DNA of 64,000 bases. Source: Dehalococcoidia bacterium. GTDB taxonomy: Bacteria; Chloroflexota; Dehalococcoidia; Lucifugimonadales; Australimonadaceae. Below are positions 53,509 through 61,300 of the stretch, piece after piece. The notes below the pieces were generated by a model that saw only the letters and a list, made by a program, of their open reading frames with translations, was not told where the DNA came from and ran no database searches. Within the stretch, counting starts at the first letter, position 1, and every line of letters begins with the position of its first letter. Position numbers and translations under genes: made by a program. The stretch is taken from assembly GCA_034421335.1 (NCBI GenBank), contig DAOUKL010000073.1, positions 13,524 through 77,523 on the forward strand, read 5' to 3'.

Positions 53509-54441
53509 ATGGGAACAATCCGGTTGCTGTGGCGGGACGCCGACCGGCTCCCTCACCTGTACGCGGTTCGGCGCGCGGCGGCGGCCTACGGCACGGAGGT
53601 CGAGCTTCAGCGCCAGGGCGGGCAGGAGTACGCGGAGCTGCTGTTCGACGGTCGGGCGGAGATGCTGGCGGAGAACTACTGGAACCAGCAGCTCAACCGA
53701 GCGCAAGGGACGCCCATCGTCGCCGTGGCCGCCGCGGTGAACACCATCAACGAGCGCCTGTACGTCCGCCCCGGCGTCACCAGCCTCGCGGAACTGCGGG
53801 GCAAGCGCATCGCGGTGCGCGACGCCCGCCCGACGAACCTCATCGACCCGCTCTGGCTTCGCCGCGCCGGTCTCGCCGACGCCGAGGTCGTGCTGACGCC
53901 CGACGCGGACGTGGGCCGCTGGGCGACGTGGAAGCGGGTCGTCGAGGGTGACTGCGACGCGGCGATCGTGACCAACCTGTTCTCTGACGCCGCCGTAGAA
54001 GCGGGGCTCTCGCCGCTCGACCTGGGGCCGTTCGGGTTCCTCGGCGGCGTGGTGTTCATGACCTCCGCCGACCTGCTGGAGGAGCGCGGCGCAGACATCG
54101 AGAACGTGGTGCGGGGGGCGTTCGACGCGGCGACGCTGTTCCGCAACGACAAGGCGGCTGCGCTCGACGTGATGGCGTCCATCCCGGAGGGCTTGATGAA
54201 GGCGCCAGGCGCCACGGTCGACACGCCGGAGGAGCGGGAGCGGGTCCACCGCCACCTCGCGGAAGAGCTGGCCGATCCGCCGATGCCGACGCCGGAGGCC
54301 ATCGGCAACTTTTGCGACATGGCGGTGGACGCCTACCCGGAACTGGCCGGCTACAACCCGCTGCAGATGTGGGACCTGCGCATCGCCAGCCGCATCCACG
54401 ACGAGCGCCGGCTTGCGGACGGCCCGGCGGGGCGCGATTGA
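53509..54441 (+). CDS. NMT1/THI5-like (NitT/TauT-type periplasmic-binding-protein fold) protein without a signal peptide
   Basis: ATG at 53509, 7 nt after AAGGAG; 310 aa. ...LAELRGKRIAVRDARPTNLIDPLWLRRAGL... is typical of this fold. No N-terminal hydrophobic segment. Confidence 0.6.
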   Translation: MGTIRLLWRDADRLPHLYAVRRAAAAYGTEVELQRQGGQEYAELLFDGRAEMLAENYWNQQLNRAQGTPIVAVAAAVNTINERLYVRPGVTSLAELRGKRIAVRDARPTNLIDPLWLRRAGLADAEVVLTPDADVGRWATWKRVVEGDCDAAIVTNLFSDAAVEAGLSPLDLGPFGFLGGVVFMTSADLLEERGADIENVVRGAFDAATLFRNDKAAALDVMASIPEGLMKAPGATVDTPEERERVHRHLAEELADPPMPTPEAIGNFCDMAVDAYPELAGYNPLQMWDLRIASRIHDERRLADGPAGRD

Positions 54442-54466
54442 CAATCCGCCGGTCGGCTCGTATAAC
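54438..54466 (+). promoter_or_regulatory. Sigma70-like promoter for Rieske paralogue 5
   Basis: TTGACA (54438-54443), 17 nt, then TATAAC (54461-54466). It is embedded in the shared 15-mer GCGATTGACAATCCG. Confidence 0.5.
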
Positions 54467-54507
54467 CCCCCGCGTATGCGCCCCTGAATTGCAGGGGCGC
54501 GCGCAGG

Positions 54508-54546
54508 TTTCCTTCGTTCCGTGGTTCGACAGGTTCACCACGAACC
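54508..54546. repeat. Single module-D repeat (inverted)
   Basis: ccgtggttcgacaggttcaccacgaacc. Confidence 0.8.
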
Positions 54547-54586
54547 AATGGGGAATTTCCCGGGGCGGCGCCGGAGGCAACACGCC

Positions 54587-55831
54587 ATGTCGATAGCAGA
54601 GGACAACGAACTCCTGACTCGTGTGGGGCCGGGCACGCCAATGGGCGAACTGTTCCGGCGCTACTGGCTGCCGGCGCTGTTGTCGGAGGAGTTGCCGGAG
54701 CCCGACTGCGCGCCCGTTCGCGTGCGGCTGCTGGGCGAAGATCTGGTGGCGTTCCGCGACAGCAACGGCAGGGTGGGACTGCTGGGGGAGTACTGCTCGC
54801 ACCGCCGGGCGTCGCTGTTCTACGGGCGCGTCGAGGATTGCGGGCTCACGTGCATCTACCACGGCTGGAAGTACGACACGGACGGCAACGTGGTCGATAC
54901 GCCCGCTGAGCCCGCGACGAGCCGGTTGAAGGAACTGGTGCGGCACCCCTCGTATCCGTGCGAGGAGCGGAACGGGATGGTGCTGACGTACATGGGCCCG
55001 CGCGACAAGACGCCGCTCATTCCCAATCTTCCGTGGTTCACGATGCCGCGCGATCACGTGGTGGTGGGCAGCAAGCTTTTCCTGGAGTGCAACTGGCTGC
55101 AGGCGCTCGAGGGGGACAACGACAGCATCCACTCGGCCTACCTGCACCGCAAGGCGTCGGACGACAACAACCCGATGTCGCTGGCGCGCAGGCGACCGGC
55201 GCGGGTGAGCATCGACGAACTGCCGTGGGGCGTGCGCGCGGCGACGATATACCCGTTCGACGAGACTCACGAGATGTTCCGGACGAACACGTTCCTGATG
55301 CCGTGCATCGGCAATACGCCCAGGGGCGAGTCGCCCAACGGCTACAACGAGGCAGTCCACACGATCTACCAGGTCCCCGCCGACGACTACACGAACTGGC
55401 GCTACGACATGGAGACATGGTGGGACAAGACGGTTGACGACTCGTACGCGCAGGCCGACCGCGCGGAAGTGGGGCCTGACTTCATGAGCCTGTACACCCG
55501 CGCCAACAACTACCTCATCGACCGCGCCGCGCAGAAGTCGGGCGAGGCGTGGTGCGGGGTGGTGGCCCGCAACCATACGCAGGACAAGATGGTGACCGAG
55601 AGCATGGGCGCCATCAGCGACCGCAGCCAGGAGAACCTGGGCGCGAGCGACCGGCACATCATCGCCATGCGGCGCTTCATGCTCGACGCGGTGCGGGCGG
55701 TGGCGGAGGGCGCCGACCCTCCGGGCGTGGCATGGACGCCAGAGCAGAACCAGGCGCGCGACTACGCGTACATGCTCACGACAGTGCTGCCGAACGGGGC
55801 CGACTGGAAGGAACTGCTGCCGCGGCAGTAG
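54587..55831 (+). CDS. Rieske non-heme iron oxygenase alpha subunit, phthalate-dioxygenase family (paralogue 5)
   Basis: CSHRRASLFYG...CIYHGWKY; CNWLQALEGDNDSIHSAYLH. Start at MSIAEDNELLTRVGPGTPMGELFRRYWLP (ATG 54587). Confidence 0.9.
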   Translation: MSIAEDNELLTRVGPGTPMGELFRRYWLPALLSEELPEPDCAPVRVRLLGEDLVAFRDSNGRVGLLGEYCSHRRASLFYGRVEDCGLTCIYHGWKYDTDGNVVDTPAEPATSRLKELVRHPSYPCEERNGMVLTYMGPRDKTPLIPNLPWFTMPRDHVVVGSKLFLECNWLQALEGDNDSIHSAYLHRKASDDNNPMSLARRRPARVSIDELPWGVRAATIYPFDETHEMFRTNTFLMPCIGNTPRGESPNGYNEAVHTIYQVPADDYTNWRYDMETWWDKTVDDSYAQADRAEVGPDFMSLYTRANNYLIDRAAQKSGEAWCGVVARNHTQDKMVTESMGAISDRSQENLGASDRHIIAMRRFMLDAVRAVAEGADPPGVAWTPEQNQARDYAYMLTTVLPNGADWKELLPRQ

Positions 55832-55902
55832 GCGCGGCGCGCGCCGCTGAGTATGTTCCAGCAACGGCGCTGAGACGACGGGACAACGAAGGAGAGTAGA
55901 CC

Positions 55903-57159
55903 ATGACCAGTCTGGCACGCAGAGCGCTCGCGCTTGCAGCAGTCGCAGCGACGGCGGCGCTCGTCCTCGCAGCCTGCGGCGGCGACGATCCCACGCCGAC
56001 GCCGGCGGCTCCGGCGGCGACACCCACTCCGGCGCCCCCCACCGCGACACCCACCCCGGCGCCTCCCACCGCGACGCCCACCCCGTTGCCTCCGGGCGTG
56101 ACGCCTCCTCCACCGACGCCCACTCCCGTGCCGCCGACGCCGGTCCCGACGGCGACGCCCGTGCCGCAGCGGGACCTGGAGGACCACTTCGACGGCAAGA
56201 CGGTAAGCTTCGTCGTCGGCTTCTCGCCCGGCGGAGGTTACGACACTGTCGCCCGCATCTCGGCGGGCTTCATCGAGGAGTACCTCCCCGGCGACCCGAG
56301 GGTGGTGGTGAGGAACCTCGCCGGGGGCGGCAGCCAGCGCGCGCTGCAGTTCGTGATGCGCTCGGAGCCGAACGGCCTCACGGTGGGCCAGCTTCACCCC
56401 CGGTTCGCCACTCGCGAGTTGCTCGGCACGGACGTCCCGGACTTCGATCTGAGAACGGTTACGTTCGTCGCGGCGCCTAACGGCGGCACGTCGTCCAGCT
56501 ACGGCTGCATCCGAAAGGAACTGGCCGGTTCGTGGGAAGAGGCGCTGGACAGGGGCGTTGAATTCGTCGTGGCGAGCGCGGAGCCGGGCGGCACCGCGTC
56601 CGGGACGCAGTGGCTGGAGATAGTCGGCGCGCCGGTGAAGGTGGTGTTCGGGTACGGCGGCACGTCCGAGAACCTCGCCGCCTTCAACCGCGGGGAGACC
56701 AACCTGTTCGTGGAGTGCAACAGCTCGTCCGCCCGCACGATCTACCCGGAGTGGTTCGACGGCGAGACGCTGATACCGGTGTACTGGCAGAACCTCCCGA
56801 TTCCCGACGAGGATCTGGCCCAGCTGGCCGGGCCGCAGCCGAGCGAAATCGTCAGCCTGACCGGGATCAGCCCGACGCAGGAGCAGATCGACGTTCTGAA
56901 CCTGAAGAATTCGTCCAGCCTCAGCACGAACCGGATGATGGTGCTGGCGCCGGAGACTCCCGACGACATCACGAACGCGTGGGTCGAGGCAGCCCGCAGC
57001 ATGTTCAACGACCCCGAGTTCGTGCGGTTGTCGGAGATCGCCAACTACGAAGTGGTGCCGGTCTACGGGGCTGACGTCCTGGACGACTACCGGGTGGTCG
57101 AGACGCTCTCTCCGGCGGGCGTGGAGATGTTCAAGTCGCTGGTGGGCGCGGTCGACTAG
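55903..57159 (+). CDS. Tripartite tricarboxylate transporter substrate-binding lipoprotein (TctC/Bug family)
   Basis: Lipobox LVLAAC|GGD, a long Pro/Thr/Ala linker, then FVVGFSPGGGYDTVARI...NLAGGGSQRA, typical of the Bug/TctC family. Confidence 0.85.
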   Translation: MTSLARRALALAAVAATAALVLAACGGDDPTPTPAAPAATPTPAPPTATPTPAPPTATPTPLPPGVTPPPPTPTPVPPTPVPTATPVPQRDLEDHFDGKTVSFVVGFSPGGGYDTVARISAGFIEEYLPGDPRVVVRNLAGGGSQRALQFVMRSEPNGLTVGQLHPRFATRELLGTDVPDFDLRTVTFVAAPNGGTSSSYGCIRKELAGSWEEALDRGVEFVVASAEPGGTASGTQWLEIVGAPVKVVFGYGGTSENLAAFNRGETNLFVECNSSSARTIYPEWFDGETLIPVYWQNLPIPDEDLAQLAGPQPSEIVSLTGISPTQEQIDVLNLKNSSSLSTNRMMVLAPETPDDITNAWVEAARSMFNDPEFVRLSEIANYEVVPVYGADVLDDYRVVETLSPAGVEMFKSLVGAVD

Positions 57160-57183
57160 AGCCCCCGTCAACTCCGCCCTATC

Positions 57184-57217
57184 GGCCCGTCCCCCGCTCC
57201 TGGGGGGCGGGCCTTTT
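57184..57217 (+). terminator. Rho-independent terminator after the TctC-like gene
   Basis: 12-bp stem ggcccgtccccc / ggggggcgggcc (one G-U pair), a 6-nt loop, followed by TTTT. Confidence 0.6.
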
Positions 57218-57249
57218 CACTCGTGTGGCGAAGGGGAGATAATTGGGGC

Positions 57250-58293
57250 ATGCGGCATACGTGGGCGAATGCGTTTGTACTAGCGCTAGCCGTAGGGTCG
57301 CTGGCGACGGGCTACTTCGCGCTCGTGGCCGGAGAGCCGGAGCAGGCCTGGCACGTGAGCGCTCACCGCATGGCGGGGTTCGCCGTGGTGGCCGTGCTCA
57401 TCTGGAAACTGCCGAACGTTCTGCGTCCGCTGCGGCGGCGCTTCGGGGCATGGACGGCGCAGGACTGGCTCGCGATAGCAGCCCTGACTCTGCTGCTTAT
57501 CGACATCCTGCTGGGCGTCGCCTGGGCGCACGCGGGGCAGTTCTCCTACATGGGCGCGTCGGGCATGACGTGGCACGCGACGCTCGCTCTGCTCATCGCG
57601 CCGCTGGTACTCCTGCACGTCGCGCGGTACCGCAGACTGCTGCGTCCACGCTACTGGGCTGAGCGCAGGTCGGCGCTCCGTCTCGTTGGGCTCGCGCTCG
57701 CAGGCGCCTTCCTGTGGCAGGCCGGAGTCCGGCTCAACCTGTCGACGGGCCTCGCGCAGGCGAAGCGGTTCACCGGCTCCTACGCCGCGGGCGATTTCAC
57801 CGGGAACGCGTTCCCCACGACGTCGTGGATCAACGACAGACCGGATGCGATCGACGCTGCGTCGTGGACGCTGACCGTCACCGGCGCCGTCGAATCGCCG
57901 CTGACGGTCCGCTACGCCGATTTGGAGTCCGGAGCGTTCGGCCCGCAGGAGGAGGAGGTCGCGACGCTGGACTGCACGGGCGGCTGGCACTCGACCCAAC
58001 GCTGGAGCGGCGTGCGGCTCGGGCGTCTACTGGACGCGGCGGGAGTGAAGGCGTCGGCGGCGAGCGTCACGGTCGCTTCGGTGACGGGCTACTACCGGCG
58101 GTACGGAATGGAGCAAGCGCGCGGGCTGCTGCTGGCGACGCGCGTAGGAGGCGAGCCGCTGTCACACGGTCACGGGGCTCCCGTGCGCCTGGTTACTCCC
58201 GGCAAGCGGGGGTTCGAGTGGGTGAAGTGGGTTACGCGCATTGAGGTGAACCGCACGGGGAGCTGGCTGCAGCCGCCGCTGCCGCTGCAGTAA
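57250..58293 (+). CDS. Molybdopterin-dependent oxidoreductase (MsrP/YedY/sulfite-oxidase fold) fused to an N-terminal His-containing multi-TM domain
   Basis: C-terminal domain: TLDCTGGWHSTQRWSGVRL, GAPVRLVTPGKRGFEWVKWVTRIEV. N-terminal ~150 aa has four hydrophobic helices with His residues (WHVSAHRMAGF, WHATLALLIAPLVLLH). The start could instead be GTG 57223. Confidence 0.75.
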   Translation: MRHTWANAFVLALAVGSLATGYFALVAGEPEQAWHVSAHRMAGFAVVAVLIWKLPNVLRPLRRRFGAWTAQDWLAIAALTLLLIDILLGVAWAHAGQFSYMGASGMTWHATLALLIAPLVLLHVARYRRLLRPRYWAERRSALRLVGLALAGAFLWQAGVRLNLSTGLAQAKRFTGSYAAGDFTGNAFPTTSWINDRPDAIDAASWTLTVTGAVESPLTVRYADLESGAFGPQEEEVATLDCTGGWHSTQRWSGVRLGRLLDAAGVKASAASVTVASVTGYYRRYGMEQARGLLLATRVGGEPLSHGHGAPVRLVTPGKRGFEWVKWVTRIEVNRTGSWLQPPLPLQ

Positions 58294-58310
58294 GGCCTCT
58301 TCGTGGCCTT
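58292..58310. terminator. Short hairpin between convergent genes
   Basis: aaggcc tcttcgt ggcctt (6-bp stem). Confidence 0.3.
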
Positions 58311-58319
58311 CGGCGCGCG

Positions 58320-61300
58320 TCATCCTTGCCGACGCCGGCGTTCGCTGCGGGCTATCAGGAAAGGCGCGGCGGCGGCCACGACGACCGCGATACCTACAAC
58401 GGCCCACCGCGCCGCTGTCGTGCTCACGGGGGAGCGCGCACTCGGGGCGACCGTCGGAGGCGGAGGGGTGGCGACAGGCGAAGGAGCCTGCGGGGTCGGA
58501 GAGGCTGTCGGGGCAGCCTGCTCTGCCCGGGCCGGAGCAGGCGCCGGCGGGGCAAGGGCTGTAGGCGTAGGAGTAGGAATAGGCGTGGGCGTTGAAACCA
58601 GAGCGGGAGGAGTGGGCGTGGGCGTGGCAAGCGAGGCTGCCTGTGGCGCGGGGGCTCTCATCACAGGGCCCACCGGCGCGCTGCTCAGGCTCATTCCGGT
58701 CCCGGCGGCATCGTCGTAGGTCGCCGTTGCGCGCAGCAGCATATGGACGTCCTCATCGGTCAGCGCGTAGCCGGGCGACACCGCGCCCTCGATGACGGCC
58801 CACCCGACGCCAGGGGAGCGCTCCCACCGCCACTGCACGTTCGAAACGCCGCCGTCCGGGTCAGTGAGGGCGGCTGTCATCAAGGCGCCGACCACCGGAG
58901 CGGCATCCGAATCGACGGCAATACCGCCGGGCTCCTGCACGTTGAGGGCCGCTACGGTTACGGCGATGCTTGCGGCGGCTTCACCGTCGGCGGCGGCAAT
59001 AGTCAGGGTGTAGGGGTTGCGAGGCGATTCGTGGTCGAGTTCAGCGCCGCTCCTCACGACGATCTGCCCGGTGTCGGCGACGACGTCGAAGAGCGAGGCG
59101 TCGCCGGACTCGACGCGGTACACGACCGTGCGACCGCCAGCTGCGCGGGCGACGACCGGCGCGCCAACCAGGAAGCCGCCGGGGCTGTTCTCCGGCGCTT
59201 CCCGCAGGGCCGTAGCGCCTTCGACGAATTCCGGCGGCGGGGGCGGACGGACGACGAGAGAGAACTGGCTGAAGCCGGAGAGGTTAGCGATGCGGAGGCG
59301 ACCACGGCCGTCGGCATCCTGCGCGAGCGTGAAACACTCGGAGTTATCGGCGGGGCCGGGGCACTCCGGGATGTTGCTCCATGGGTCGGAGGCGCGGGCT
59401 CGCCTCAGAACCCGCAGCCGTCCGGCGTCGCGGGCGCTCCCAGCGAGGGAGGCCTGGCGTGGGTCGAGGCGCAGTGTAAGCGCGGCGGGGCGGTCGAGGG
59501 CGCCGTCGAGTTCCTCGGCCCGCAGATCGAACAGCTCGACCTCGACGCAGAGCAATCGCTCGCCGTCGCCCGCGCTGCTCTCGCAGTCCTGATCCTCCGG
59601 ACTGATGCGCACCTGAAACGGGCTGGACCGCGCTCCGGCGGGGAACGCGACGCTGTGGCCTCCGGCGCCGGCAACGCGGGACTCGCCGACGCCGGGAAGC
59701 ACGAGGCTGACGCTCTGCTCGTCGCCGCTCGTCGGCGCCGCACGCACGGCGACGAGCGCGAATTCCGCTCGCGCGGACGCGCCCTCGGGGTCGGTCGCCG
59801 TAACGACTACGGAGGACTCGCCGGCGTCCACCAGCGCAATGGTCAGCACGCTTTCGGCGATGGTCATAGTCGCGCTCGCAACCGGCACCGCGTCATATAC
59901 GAGCGCCTCATCATCGGGATCGTCGAAATAGGGCGCGAGGTCGAGGGCGACGCCGCTCCCGCCGACTTCCGCCGTCTGCATAGGGATGCTTCCAACGGCA
60001 ACCGGCGGGTCGTTAACGGAGCGCACGACGACCGAAACGTCGCCAACGTCGGAGGCGGCGCCATCGGAGACGACGTAGGTGAACGCGTCGGGACCGTGAT
60101 AGTTAGGGTTAGGGGAGTAAGTTATGGCGCCGTCCTCGCCAATCGACGCTCTGCCGTTGCCAGGCTGAGTCACCGACGCGATATGCAGGAGCGCACCCGC
60201 GTCCTGATCGCGATCGTTGCCCAGCGCTTGCACAACAACCGCCGCATCCTCATCGGTGGCGACCGCGTCATCCTCCGCGACCGGCGCGTCGTTGACGTCG
60301 CCCACGTCGATACGCACCACGATGGCGGCCAGCCCTCCCTTGCCATCGCTCGCCTCCACGGTAACGGAGTAGGCCGCCTGCGCTTCGTAGTCCAGCGGCT
60401 CCTTGGTCAGCAGCCGCCCGGTCGCCTCTTCTATCGCGAAGGCGTTCGCATCGGCGCCAACGAGCGCATAGAAGAGCGCATCGCCGTCGGGATCAACGGC
60501 CAAAAGAGGAACGCCTATCGGCAGTCCCGCCAGCGTGTGCTCGTCGATGGACCGGACTGCGGTGGCGCCCTCGGCGAATACGGGCGGGAGATTCAATGTG
60601 GCGCCCCAACCGGACGGCGACCATGGGCCGACTCCTTCGTCGTTGACAGCGCGCACTCGAACCTCGTACACGACGCCGGGGAGCAAGCCCGTGATAGTCG
60701 CAGCGGCGGCGAGGCCCTGGTGGGGCCAATCGCTGTAGCCGCCGCCTCCGTCTTCCCGGTACTGCACGTTGTAGGCCGTAATGGGAGGGCCGGTATTGTC
60801 GGGCGGGTCCCAGACGATTCTCAGCGCGCGGCGTCCGTCGGTCGGCGCAGGAACCACGAACGGCTCGTGCGGAGCCTCGGGAGGCTCGTCCAAGTCGTTG
60901 ACGGTCAGGGTAACCCTGATGCGAGCCTCGCCATCGCTGTTCGTAGCCATCACCCTGAGAGTGTAGTAGTCAACGGCCTCGTAGTTGAGCGGGCGTTTGG
61001 CTCGAAGCTGACCGTCGCCGGCGTCGATGGAGAAGAACTCTGCATCGGTCGGTTCCAGCGCGTACGCGACTCCGCTTTGCGGCCTGGCGGCAACGGGGCG
61101 GCCAATCGCTGCGCCCGGCGGCGTATTCTCATCGACTTCGCGAGATGTCTCGGCGCCCTCGATGAACACCGGAGGCGAACTGACGAGGAGCAACGGCTCT
61201 TGTCGCTGCGGCTCCTGCAGCCGCGACGGACGGTAGCGCCCGGAGTCCGACCACAGCCCTTCTCCCTCGTCGTTAATCGCGCGCACCTGCACCTCGTAGG

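Noticed and set aside
54056-56113. 685-aa minus-strand ORF
   Set aside because: It is antisense to the PBP-fold gene, Rieske paralogue 5 and the TctC gene. The composition is Arg/Pro/Ala-rich and no motifs are present.
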